The translations under genes were made by a program, and so were the position numbers. A stretch of DNA of 34,931 nucleotides, taken from Acinetobacter phage fLi-Aba03. Within the stretch, counting starts at the first letter, position 1. Every line of letters starts with the position of its first letter. This document shows, one piece after another, positions 26,807 through 34,857 of this stretch. Below the pieces are notes generated by a model. The model saw only the letters and a program-made list of their open reading frames with translations. It was not told the DNA's origin and did no database searches. The stretch is taken from the sequence record MT344105.1; one strand, written 5' to 3'.

Positions 26807-27103
26807 ATGAATGAACAAATCTTAGCACAAAATTCAGACTGTGCAAGCCCATATGATGATGAGGATCAAGTCCTTACTCAATGGCAAGTAGATCATGATG
26901 CTTATGTTGAAACGCTTGATGCTTATAGAAAAGCACATACGGATCTTGAAAAAGCTTTAGGAATTGAGAAGGACTTTGACAAAACTTCTCATAGCGCAAA
27001 GGAAATCATTGAAGACTTGCGAAAGAACTGGCACCTGTACGCACTAATCAACCGCTTTGAGAGCGCCGTAATCAATCGTTTAAGAGCAAAGGATAAGTTG
27101 TAA
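26807..27103 (+). CDS. Hypothetical early protein at the cII/O-upstream position.
   Basis: ATG 26807 with TGGAG RBS. The track ORF 26792 would start at TTG. 98 aa. ATGA-type coupling to the downstream gene. Confidence 0.4.
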   Translation: MNEQILAQNSDCASPYDDEDQVLTQWQVDHDAYVETLDAYRKAHTDLEKALGIEKDFDKTSHSAKEIIEDLRKNWHLYALINRFESAVINRLRAKDKL

Positions 27104-27987
27104 TGCACTACTACGAGCGAAATATTGGTGATTATTACCGCAAGGCTGGAAGATTAAACATTTTGCAGCATGGGGTTTATAACTTGCTCATGGATGCCTG
27201 TTACGACCGTGAATCGTTCCCAACGCTTGAAGAGGCTATTGAATGGGTATGGGCGGAAACTGAGGAAGAAATTGACGCTGTTAAATTTGTACTTAAGAAG
27301 TTTTTCAAATTAAATGAGGACGGGGTTTATATTCAAAACCACATTAAAGAAGAGCTTGAAAAGTATAGAGCCTTCCTTGCTAAACAAGCAGAGAATGGCA
27401 AAAAAGGTGGTCGCCCAAAGAAAAACCCAAAAAATGATTCTGGTAATAATGGGAATGATTTTGATAATTCTGGCTTTAAAAATGAAAGCCAAGACAACCC
27501 AAATGAAAGCGAATTAAACCCAGAAAAACCCAAAGAAACCCAAATAAAGCCTAAACCATCTAACCATCTAACCAACGAACCATCTAACCAAGAAAATAAT
27601 ATATGTCCGCCTAACGGCGAACCTGTGCCTGCTGAAAAACCTAAAGAGAATTTCAAAAATGAGATTCAAGAGGTTTTCGAGTTTTGGAAAGTGACGTTTA
27701 ACAAGAATAATCGAACCATTCTTGATAACCCGCGCAAATCCAAAATACAAGCTCGGCTCAAAGAGGGTTACACGGTTGAAGATATCAAGACCGCTATTGT
27801 TGGGTGCTCTAAATCTCAATTCCATATTGAGGGCAATCATACTGATCTAACGCTAATTTGCCGCGATGCAACCAAGCTTGATCACTTTCTTGCCATGTCT
27901 AATCCAGCACAGGTTGCTATCCAGCCTCAAATTGAGGATGTGCAGACCATTCCTGCTCAATACAAGGTAATTGAGGGGGATTGGTAA
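27103..27987 (+). CDS. Replication initiation protein. DUF1376 (YdaU-like) N-terminal domain, low-complexity N/P/K/E-rich linker, conserved C-terminal domain.
   Basis: MHYYERNIGDYYRKAGRLNILQHGVYNLLMDACYDRE matches the DUF1376 pattern. Sits directly upstream of dnaB. Confidence 0.55.
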   Translation: MHYYERNIGDYYRKAGRLNILQHGVYNLLMDACYDRESFPTLEEAIEWVWAETEEEIDAVKFVLKKFFKLNEDGVYIQNHIKEELEKYRAFLAKQAENGKKGGRPKKNPKNDSGNNGNDFDNSGFKNESQDNPNESELNPEKPKETQIKPKPSNHLTNEPSNQENNICPPNGEPVPAEKPKENFKNEIQEVFEFWKVTFNKNNRTILDNPRKSKIQARLKEGYTVEDIKTAIVGCSKSQFHIEGNHTDLTLICRDATKLDHFLAMSNPAQVAIQPQIEDVQTIPAQYKVIEGDW

Positions 27988-29318
27988 TGTCATTTAATTC
28001 AAATATTCATGATGTGAACATGGAGCAATGTGTTCTTGCGGCTTTAATGACTACATCCTTGTCACTTGAGTCTATTGGTCAGGAGTTGGATGCAGAATGT
28101 TTTTACTCAGATCGTCATCAACAAATATACAAGGCAATCGTAGAGCTTTCTGAAAGCAACCATCCTTACGATGTGGTTATGGTTAGTAACTACTTAAAGG
28201 GCAAAAATGTTTTGCATTTGATGGGTGGTGAGGATTATTTGATTCAGCTTATGCAGGATGCGCCAAGTAGTTTTTACAATGCTGAAAGTTATGTAACTCA
28301 ATTAAAAAAACTCAAGACGCACCGAAAAATTGAGCAAATTGGTTTTCGCATTGCCGCAATGGCTAAAGACACTACAGTGCCAGACGCATTCATTGAAGCT
28401 GAAAATCTTTTGAGTCAAATCGATAAAACAGAAGATGGCGATATGGGTGCAAGCTTTGGTGATGCATTGACTAGCGCATTGGCGCAAATGATAGAGAAAT
28501 CAGAGAAGAAAACTAAGAATCAATTATCTGGAGTTAGATTCAATCTTGTAACGCTCGATAAGATGCTTGGCACAGTACAAAACGGTCATTTTTGTGTTGT
28601 TGGAGGTCGTCCTGGTTCTGGTAAATCAACTCTGGCACAAATGATGGCAATTGATACTGCTATGGTTAAAAAGGAGGGGGTTCTTTTTATATCAGCAGAA
28701 ATGGACAAAGAGACACTCTCAAACAGAATGTTTAGTTCACTTAGTTCTATTCCATATGACAACTTGCACAATGCAACACTTTATGACGGATTACTAAAGG
28801 AATATGCAAGGTATCGAGAGGTTTACAGCGGTCTACCAATTTGGATCGAACCAAAGCAGAAACCAAGCATAAGTGAGGTTAGAGCCTACGCGAGAAGAGC
28901 AAAGCGCCGTTTTGCCAAGGCAGGCATAAAGCTTGGTTGCATCATTGTTGATTATCTTCAGCTCGTAAGAGATCCAAGCAAGAAAGATCGTTTTCAGGAA
29001 GTTGGCTCTATTAGCCGTGAGCTCAAATCAATGGCTAAGGAGTTTGAATGCCCGGTTGTAGCGCTCGTTCAATTAAATCGTGAATCAGAAAAAGGTAAGA
29101 AACCGAAAGCTTCTGACATTAAGGAATCAGGGCAGATCGAGCAAGATGCAGACCAGATCATCCTTGTTAATCCATTAACTGATGACAAAACACTTCAACC
29201 TCTTGGGGTTACAGAATTAATTATTGCCAAAAACCGACACGGGAAAAGGGGGGCAGTCCGAGTTCAAGAGCATTTAGACATGTGTAGATTTAAAGCCATT
29301 CAGGAGCTAGAAGAATGA
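27981..29318 (+). CDS. dnaB: Replicative DNA helicase (DnaB family).
   Basis: 445 aa. Walker A GGRPGSGKST. DnaB N-terminal domain pattern. C-terminal RecA-like core. Confidence 0.9.
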   Translation: MVMSFNSNIHDVNMEQCVLAALMTTSLSLESIGQELDAECFYSDRHQQIYKAIVELSESNHPYDVVMVSNYLKGKNVLHLMGGEDYLIQLMQDAPSSFYNAESYVTQLKKLKTHRKIEQIGFRIAAMAKDTTVPDAFIEAENLLSQIDKTEDGDMGASFGDALTSALAQMIEKSEKKTKNQLSGVRFNLVTLDKMLGTVQNGHFCVVGGRPGSGKSTLAQMMAIDTAMVKKEGVLFISAEMDKETLSNRMFSSLSSIPYDNLHNATLYDGLLKEYARYREVYSGLPIWIEPKQKPSISEVRAYARRAKRRFAKAGIKLGCIIVDYLQLVRDPSKKDRFQEVGSISRELKSMAKEFECPVVALVQLNRESEKGKKPKASDIKESGQIEQDADQIILVNPLTDDKTLQPLGVTELIIAKNRHGKRGAVRVQEHLDMCRFKAIQELEE

Positions 29319-29593
29319 AAACATTCCTAATCATTATGACCGTTATCTGTATTGCTACTTTTATGGGACTGGTTGTAGCTGCAATAGCTGCAAAGCTGCA
29401 CCAGTTTTCAGGAAGTCTAGCTAAATTTCGTTTTTCTTTGGCTTTCATGGATATCACTTTTTTCTTTTTATGTGTATCGGCTCTGACTGTATTTGATGGG
29501 GGTAAGTATCTGGCGTTCGCTCATTTAACTCAATTCTTGTTGGCTTTATACCTAATTTTTTACCGTTCTAATAAGTGGGAGCGCAGCCAATGA
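29315..29593 (+). CDS. Small multi-pass membrane protein (hypothetical).
   Basis: 92 aa, three hydrophobic segments. ATGA overlap with dnaB. Confidence 0.4.
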   Translation: MKTFLIIMTVICIATFMGLVVAAIAAKLHQFSGSLAKFRFSLAFMDITFFFLCVSALTVFDGGKYLAFAHLTQFLLALYLIFYRSNKWERSQ

Positions 29594-30063
29594 AACTAAC
29601 TAAACAACAACGTGCTGAGCTTAAGCAGAAGTTTGGAGGTCATTGTGCTTACTGTGGTGAGTTGCTCGGTGACAAGTGGCATGCAGATCATATCGAAGCC
29701 GTTAAGAGAGATTTAATTCATGTTGGTGGCGGCAAGTTAATTACGGGTGAAATGACTAGACCGCAATACGACACATTAGAAAACATGAATCCCGCATGTG
29801 TTCCTTGCAATACAAATAAATCGTCTATGTCGCTGGAAGGGTGGCGAAAGATGCTTACACATTACCGTGATGTGCAGTTACTACGCGATAGCACACATGC
29901 TCGTCATTTGCTTCGCTTTGGTTTGATTGAAATTAAATCTAAACCTGTGAAATTTTTCTTTGAAACATACGTACCCTGTGACCATGTTTTTTCGGACTGG
30001 GAAAAATTAGAGCCTGAACCAAACTTAAGATTTCGTTGTATGGATTGTGGGAAGGAGATCTAA
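29590..30063 (+). CDS. HNH endonuclease.
   Basis: HCAYCGE...HADHIEAV...NPACVPCNTNK is an HNH motif with a CxxC pair. ATG 29590 after GGAG. Confidence 0.7.
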   Translation: MKLTKQQRAELKQKFGGHCAYCGELLGDKWHADHIEAVKRDLIHVGGGKLITGEMTRPQYDTLENMNPACVPCNTNKSSMSLEGWRKMLTHYRDVQLLRDSTHARHLLRFGLIEIKSKPVKFFFETYVPCDHVFSDWEKLEPEPNLRFRCMDCGKEI

Positions 30064-30621
30064 ATGGATAAGTTTGAACAATGGTACTTAGATACATATT
30101 ACAAGCCTCATGGGGTCGTTCCACCTACAAATCTATTTAAGCGTTATGAAGGCACATATCTCATTGACGATGTGTATCGTCAAAACCTTGTATGGCAGCA
30201 CCAGCAAGCGAAAGTGGAGGAGCTTAAAGCCACGATAAAAGGCAATCATGGGCGCATAGCAGAACTTGAACGCTTAAACCGTGTAAAGGCTCAGACTATT
30301 CTCGATTTACATCAAGAAATTAAAGAGCTTAAAGCATCTCATCACGGTGAAGTGATTGGTCATGAAGTTCACTTAAAAAAGATCAAGCAAGAACGTGACG
30401 AGATGCAAAAGCGGGTGCAATTCCTTGAGCAGGAATTAGGTGCATGGAAAGGGAAATCAATAGCAGCAATGGTAAATGGCATGTGTAAACAATGTGGCGG
30501 AGAACCATTGCAGGCAATAGTTTCTGATAAAGACGGTTATGCACTTCTACATTGCTTTGGATGTGGCGCAAACAAGTATGAATTGATTGGAGAGCAAGCG
30601 CTCAAGGGTGGTGAGGCATGA
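30064..30621 (+). CDS. Hypothetical protein with a central coiled coil and a C-terminal CxxC...CxxC zinc ribbon.
   Basis: 185 aa. CKQCGG ... CFGCGAN. Confidence 0.4.
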   Translation: MDKFEQWYLDTYYKPHGVVPPTNLFKRYEGTYLIDDVYRQNLVWQHQQAKVEELKATIKGNHGRIAELERLNRVKAQTILDLHQEIKELKASHHGEVIGHEVHLKKIKQERDEMQKRVQFLEQELGAWKGKSIAAMVNGMCKQCGGEPLQAIVSDKDGYALLHCFGCGANKYELIGEQALKGGEA

Positions 30622-30788
30622 ATGAAAAATGGACCTACAAAGAAATGATGGCCCTGCGTTGTGCTTATAACCATGGTGTAAGAACTCCAGAAACACGAGC
30701 GGCAGCTTGCCTGTATGTGAAGTTGGGTAGAAATAAATTATTAGATCAATTCAAGAAAGAAAGTGAAGCAAAAGGCAAGGTGGAATGA
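30618..30788 (+). CDS. Small ORF (56 aa) missing from the ORF track. ATGA overlap with both neighbours.
   Basis: ATG 30618 overlaps the upstream TGA. Its own TGA overlaps the ATG 30785 of the next gene. Translation is MNEKWTYKEMMALRCAYNHGVRTPETRAAACLYVKLGRNKLLDQFKKESEAKGKVE. Confidence 0.35.
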   Translation: MNEKWTYKEMMALRCAYNHGVRTPETRAAACLYVKLGRNKLLDQFKKESEAKGKVE

Positions 30789-31285
30789 TGAATAATAAAC
30801 CGCATGTATTACAAGCTTGTAATTGGAAGAAGTACACAATTGAGAATTGGTTAGAGCAATTTGGGGCATGGATTAATGAAGATAATGCTGAAACTTATTT
30901 GGGTACACGTAACACCTTAACTTACTTGATTGATTCTGTAGAAGGCGTAAAGCGTGATGCAAGAAAGCGCTCATTGCCACAGTGCAAAATCTCTACTGAT
31001 GAGGCGAGAGCTGTAAGTGGATTATTGCGTGATTTACGAATGAACCCAAACCCAACATTACAAGAATGGCTAGATTTTGTAGTGTTGTATTACGTGCATG
31101 GGTTGAGTGAGGAAACTATTGCTGACATTAGCAAATGCTCACGTAACGCCGTGAGACAAGATTTAAAGTGTGGTATTGCCTATATTGTTGGGCAACGTAA
31201 TACATTGCGGAGTAAATTAACCGAAAAACAAGCCAAAGTAAGAAAACCAAAGAAAACCCTTGACTTGGCGCCAATAGTTCTTTAA
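30785..31285 (+). CDS. Late-gene antiterminator Q-like protein (QuuD/Q82-type).
   Basis: Motifs LEQFGAW, LPQC, VVLYYVHG, SKCS resemble recalled Q-homologue (QuuD) motifs. Position after the replication/nin genes and before a promoter-terminator pair. Confidence 0.45.
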   Translation: MMNNKPHVLQACNWKKYTIENWLEQFGAWINEDNAETYLGTRNTLTYLIDSVEGVKRDARKRSLPQCKISTDEARAVSGLLRDLRMNPNPTLQEWLDFVVLYYVHGLSEETIADISKCSRNAVRQDLKCGIAYIVGQRNTLRSKLTEKQAKVRKPKKTLDLAPIVL

Positions 31286-31288
31286 ATT
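31260..31288 (+). promoter_or_regulatory. PR'-like late promoter, TTGACT-17-TAAATT, overlapping the 3' end of the Q-like gene.
   Basis: Hexamers and spacing read directly. T-rich weak hairpin region 31330-31362 downstream. Confidence 0.4.
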
Positions 31289-31664
31289 CGTGATAAGTGG
31301 TACGAAGTATAAGCAAGTGTCACTGATCTTAAAGAAGCTCGCCAAACGGTGGGCTTTTTGCTTTTATGCCCTACGAGCTTAGAACATTGGATTCCGATGT
31401 GCTGGACTGGATTTCTAGTCGATGCTTAAACGTAGGGCTATTTTTTTGGAGGTTCACATGCTCCGAATCATCAGGCAGGTATTCTGTTTTCATGTTTGGG
31501 AGTGTGAATCCGACATGTTCAATCAGAAAGAATGCAGAAAGTGTGGAAAGATTAAAGTAATTTAATTTACTATTGAGAATACAATGACTTATATTAAATC
31601 AAGTCGTTGCATTTCCAATTAACATGCCGCATTATTAATCAAATTACTTTATTAATGGTGTGGT

Positions 31665-31940
31665 ATGAAACTAGTTCGTTTAGAAACAATTAGACTTAAT
31701 GATGGTTCATTTGAATTGCAATTTAATGAGGATGGATTTACGCCATTTTATCCAAATACTATCAATGACGATGGTGTTGATGTTGCATCAGGTAAGGTTA
31801 ATGTAGATTCTATTTACTATCATCATTTAGATAGAGATGACACGAGATATTTAATTTATTTAAAAGGCTACCATGGCAGAGTAGATGGCACAGAAATCCC
31901 AAGTCTTGAAAAAGCATTAGATGCTCATCTGCAAAGTTGA
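31665..31940 (+). CDS. Hypothetical protein, a stand-alone moron with its own AT-rich upstream region and terminator.
   Basis: 91-aa ORF with upstream GGTGTGG. Followed by a strong terminator. Confidence 0.4.
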   Translation: MKLVRLETIRLNDGSFELQFNEDGFTPFYPNTINDDGVDVASGKVNVDSIYYHHLDRDDTRYLIYLKGYHGRVDGTEIPSLEKALDAHLQS

Positions 31941-31961
31941 AAATTAAACTGAATTTATTTA

Positions 31962-31990
31962 CAGCCCTGCATTTGCGGGGCTTTTATTTT
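31962..31990 (+). terminator. Rho-independent terminator (agccctgc-attt-gcggggct + TTTTATTTTTT).
   Basis: 8-bp stem including one G-U pair, T-tract. Confidence 0.7.
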
Positions 31991-31992
31991 TT

Positions 31993-32069
31993 ACGCCATT
32001 CGTCTAATTGGATAAGACATCATAATTCTAGTGTGATTGATGCGGGTTCGAGTCCTGCATGGCGTGCCA
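31993..32069 (+). tRNA. tRNA-Arg (anticodon TCT, reads AGA) with encoded CCA.
   Basis: Manual cloverleaf, 77 nt. Acceptor ACGCCAT/ATGGCGT. D-stem GTCT/AGAC with GG in the loop. Anticodon stem TCATA/TGTGA, loop ATTCTAG. Variable loop TTGAT. T-arm GCGGG-TTCGAGT-CCTGC. Discriminator G, then CCA. Confidence 0.8.
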
Positions 32070-32173
32070 TTTAATTTAGAGAAGTGTGCTGCATAGATAT
32101 AGCCTCTTGCCAAAGTGGATATCAAAGCTAAGGAGTAGCTCACTTCGTCTAAGTCAAATGGATTGGGGTGAAC

Positions 32174-32344
32174 ATGGATACAAACGAAGCCAAAAAGAAT
32201 CTTGATAAATATTCGGAAGAGTTAAGCCGTTACCAGAACTTATCTCGTACTGGATTGAGTCTCGAAGAAATGCTTGTTATAGACCGCATCATAATGCGAT
32301 TGAAAAACAAGATTAATAATTTACGGTCCATGTTGAATGCGTGA
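32174..32344 (+). CDS. Small ORF (56 aa) missing from the ORF track, coupled to the downstream gene.
   Basis: ATG 32174 after GGGGTGAAC. Translation is [56 protein letters not shown]. 8-nt ATGCGTGA overlap with the 32337 start. Confidence 0.35.
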   Translation: MDTNEAKKNLDKYSEELSRYQNLSRTGLSLEEMLVIDRIIMRLKNKINNLRSMLNA

Positions 32345-32612
32345 CTCCAAACGATTAGCCGAAGTACGCAAGCTGCCATGCATGAGATGTGGTGCACCAG
32401 CACCAAGCCAAGCCGCGCATTCTAATTCTAGTAAAGACGGTAAGGGCAGATCCATTAAGGCTTGCGACTCTAAAACTGTTTCTATGTGTTTTTCCTGCCA
32501 TCATTTATTTGATACCTACCAACTAGGGAGCAGACAGGAAAGCGAGGAGCTATTTAATAAATGGCTTAAGCGAACCAACGCAATGCTTGAGTCAGAACAA
32601 GATTTATTTTGA
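32337..32612 (+). CDS. YbcO-like (DUF1364) zinc-binding putative nuclease, a nin-region protein.
   Basis: [20 protein letters not shown] ... CFSCHH pattern resembles recalled YbcO motifs. Confidence 0.4.
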   Translation: MRDSKRLAEVRKLPCMRCGAPAPSQAAHSNSSKDGKGRSIKACDSKTVSMCFSCHHLFDTYQLGSRQESEELFNKWLKRTNAMLESEQDLF

Positions 32613-32649
32613 TATGATTTAACCAACGTAATTGGTGTAAGGATTTACA

Positions 32650-32868
32650 ATGGTTAAGCATGTTGATTATGAGGCTGTATATGACGGTGAGAATTTTTCT
32701 TTCATCAAAGTATTAATGGATGATGGTTCATATGACCCAATAGCTGGAACAAATGGGCCTTATGGCATCATAACTATTGTTGGATATGAGGTTAGGATTT
32801 CGTACCCTGAAAATCTCACACAAGAATTAATAGAGAAAATGGTAAACCAATTTACTAGAAAGAATTAA
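32650..32868 (+). CDS. Hypothetical small protein.
   Basis: 72-aa ORF followed by tandem terminators. Confidence 0.3.
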   Translation: MVKHVDYEAVYDGENFSFIKVLMDDGSYDPIAGTNGPYGIITIVGYEVRISYPENLTQELIEKMVNQFTRKN

Positions 32869-32869
32869 G

Positions 32870-32919
32870 CCACCCTCGGGTGGTTTTTAGTTTAATCGGA
32901 GCCGAAAGGCTCTTTTTTT
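32870..32919 (+). terminator. Two consecutive rho-independent terminators (caccc-tcg-ggtg + TTTTT, and gagcc-GAAA-ggctc + TTTTTTT).
   Basis: Both hairpins and T-tracts read directly. Confidence 0.65.
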
Positions 32920-32943
32920 GTGCCTAGAAAAAGGAAGCGAGAA

Positions 32944-33342
32944 ATGAAAACCAACCAGAAAGGCCAAGCTGATGTGGTATTAGCCGCACTTTGCTTTCTT
33001 GCCATTTTAATTGTCATTGTTTTGATTATGTTTGCATGGCCTCACTATAAAGTGTGGAAGCAAGGCATGAATGGTCAAGCACTATTGGCAGAAGCAGAAC
33101 AGTCAAAAATGATTCAGGTTCAAACGGCGCGAGCTGAACTTGAAAGTGCCAAGTTGCGTGCAGAAGCGATCAAAACTATTGGTCAAGCTGCAAAAGATTA
33201 TCCAGAGTACCGCAAACAAGAGTTTATTGGTGCGTTTGGTGATGCTTTACGTGATGGCAAGATTCAACAAATTGTATATGTCCCAACTGAGGCAAACATT
33301 CCAGTTTTAGAAGCTGGTAAACGTCCCGTTGTGGATGAATAA
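32944..33342 (+). CDS. Membrane-anchored protein. N-terminal TM, then an Ala/Glu-rich helical region with SPFH/band-7-like flavour.
   Basis: ATG 32944 with AAAGGAAG RBS. TM VVLAALCFLAILIVIVLIMFAW. EAEQSKMIQVQTARAELESAKLRAEA. Flanked upstream by the double terminator. Confidence 0.4.
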   Translation: MKTNQKGQADVVLAALCFLAILIVIVLIMFAWPHYKVWKQGMNGQALLAEAEQSKMIQVQTARAELESAKLRAEAIKTIGQAAKDYPEYRKQEFIGAFGDALRDGKIQQIVYVPTEANIPVLEAGKRPVVDE

Positions 33343-33357
33343 GGTATAGGTGGGAAT

Positions 33358-33888
33358 ATGGAACCAGCAACATTCCCAATCAATAGTTATTCTGGGATTG
33401 TTCAGGTAATTAACTATCTGAACAATAACCACTCCAAAGCAGCCGCAGAAGGCAAACCTTTAGTCGTTAGAATCAATCAGAAGGAAGACGACAGGAGCGC
33501 CGCACAAAATCGGCTTTACTGGGCTTGGCTTGAACAGATCAGGCAAAAGACCGGTAATTCAAAGGATGATCTTCATTTACTTTTTAAGAAAAAGTTTCTT
33601 GCCCGGATCTATGTTGAGGGTCGGCAAGAGACTGCAGAAAAGTACATGGCTTTGCAGAACTTTAAAGATGTTATTCAAGCATTCGATGGACCTAAGCGCC
33701 GTCAACTTGAAAAGGATTACCAAGTTTTGGTCAATACCTTCATTAAAGACCACCTGCAAAGCAAGAAGGCCACCATTAAAGAATTCACCAAATATCTGGA
33801 TAAGATCAACATTTATGCACATAGAGACTTGGGCGTGATGTTGATTATCCCGGATGACCTTAAGTGGTGTTATCAAAATGAGCAATGA
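33358..33888 (+). CDS. ninB: NinB/Orf-family recombination mediator.
   Basis: KPLVVRINQKEDDRSAAQNRLYWAWLEQI matches the recalled lambda NinB motif (KPIVVTIQERNRSLDQNRKLWACL). Confidence 0.6.
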   Translation: MEPATFPINSYSGIVQVINYLNNNHSKAAAEGKPLVVRINQKEDDRSAAQNRLYWAWLEQIRQKTGNSKDDLHLLFKKKFLARIYVEGRQETAEKYMALQNFKDVIQAFDGPKRRQLEKDYQVLVNTFIKDHLQSKKATIKEFTKYLDKINIYAHRDLGVMLIIPDDLKWCYQNEQ

Positions 33889-34060
33889 TTCAAATTTGCA
33901 AGACGTGGTGCTTAAGCTGATAGAGCAAAACAATAAGTTGATTGAACAGAATAGCTTGATCGTCCAAATCAATGCAGAACAATCTGCTCAGTTATCCGAA
34001 GTTCTATCAATGCTTGAAGATAGTGAACCAGCACAACGGTCAGGATCACTAGATGGGTGA
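33878..34060 (+). CDS. Small hypothetical protein, start overlapping the ninB end.
   Basis: ATG inside the last codons of ninB. 60 aa. Confidence 0.3.
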   Translation: MSNDSNLQDVVLKLIEQNNKLIEQNSLIVQINAEQSAQLSEVLSMLEDSEPAQRSGSLDG

Positions 34061-34359
34061 AGACAATGAATAGAGGCCAGCCTTTCTTTGTAATTGATGA
34101 TGATCTTCAAAAGTCGTTTGATAAAACCATTTTGTATTTGCAGGAACAGCATAGAACTCCTGAATTGAAGCGCAAAGAACTGGAGCTTGAATTAGTTAAA
34201 CTGGTTCAAAGTTATCAACGTGACGGTTTGGATATCGATTGGATATCCATTGACTTACTTAATGGTGTAGATGCGCGAGTAAACTTAAATGAAACTCCAA
34301 ACATTCAAGAACAAGTTACAGACGCTACAGGCACCCGCACAAACCCAGAAGAACCCTAA
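34057..34359 (+). CDS. Hypothetical protein. Its 3' end overlaps the HNH ORF by 71 nt, so one of the two boundaries is uncertain.
   Basis: 100-aa ORF with ATGA coupling to the upstream gene. Confidence 0.3.
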   Translation: MKTMNRGQPFFVIDDDLQKSFDKTILYLQEQHRTPELKRKELELELVKLVQSYQRDGLDIDWISIDLLNGVDARVNLNETPNIQEQVTDATGTRTNPEEP

Positions 34360-34588
34360 ACAAAACAATTGGGGTTCTGGTCGAGGTGGCCGTCCGTGGC
34401 GCCGTCTTAAAGCTAAGATCCATTTACGTGATGAGTGGACCTGTCAATGTTGTGGCATCGTCACTAAAGACTTAGAGCTTGACCATATTGTGAATGTGGC
34501 AAGAGGTGGAACGGATGATGAATCAAACCTCCAGTCTCTTTGTGTTCCATGCCATAAAAAGAAAACCCAACAGGAGAGCCGGCAATGA
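34289..34588 (+). CDS. HNH endonuclease, terminase-associated and cos-proximal.
   Basis: GRGGRPWRRLKAKIHLRDEWTCQCCG...LELDHIVNVARGG...LQSLCVPCHKKKT is the classic HK97-type HNH motif. Last large gene before terS across the genome ends. Confidence 0.75.
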   Translation: MKLQTFKNKLQTLQAPAQTQKNPKQNNWGSGRGGRPWRRLKAKIHLRDEWTCQCCGIVTKDLELDHIVNVARGGTDDESNLQSLCVPCHKKKTQQESRQ

Positions 34589-34632
34589 ATGATGATGAGT
34601 TGGTTCAAAAGTATTTAGAAGAGGATGGCTGA

Positions 34633-34857
34633 ATGACTTCAAAACTAGTTCATGTGAAAGATGCAGACAAAGGCTCTGACATCTACTTTGATCCACAGGG
34701 CCTTGAAGGCGCCGTTTTTAATTGGAATGGACAGAAAGATTACAGCCAATACATTTATAACGCTATGTTGTATATGCGAAGCGGTAGTTTGATTTGTTGT
34801 GTTGTGAATGACGATGGCAAGAAGAAGATTCTTGAACATGTTCAGGAAGCACCATAA
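34633..34857 (+). CDS. Hypothetical small protein.
   Basis: 74-aa ORF after GAGGATGG. Confidence 0.3.
   Translation: MTSKLVHVKDADKGSDIYFDPQGLEGAVFNWNGQKDYSQYIYNAMLYMRSGSLICCVVNDDGKKKILEHVQEAP

Noticed and set aside
31366-31560. 64-aa ORF downstream of the Q-like gene.
   Set aside because: It starts immediately after the T-rich terminator-like region with no RBS and has a low-complexity Phe/Ser/Cys-rich composition. More likely non-coding leader.
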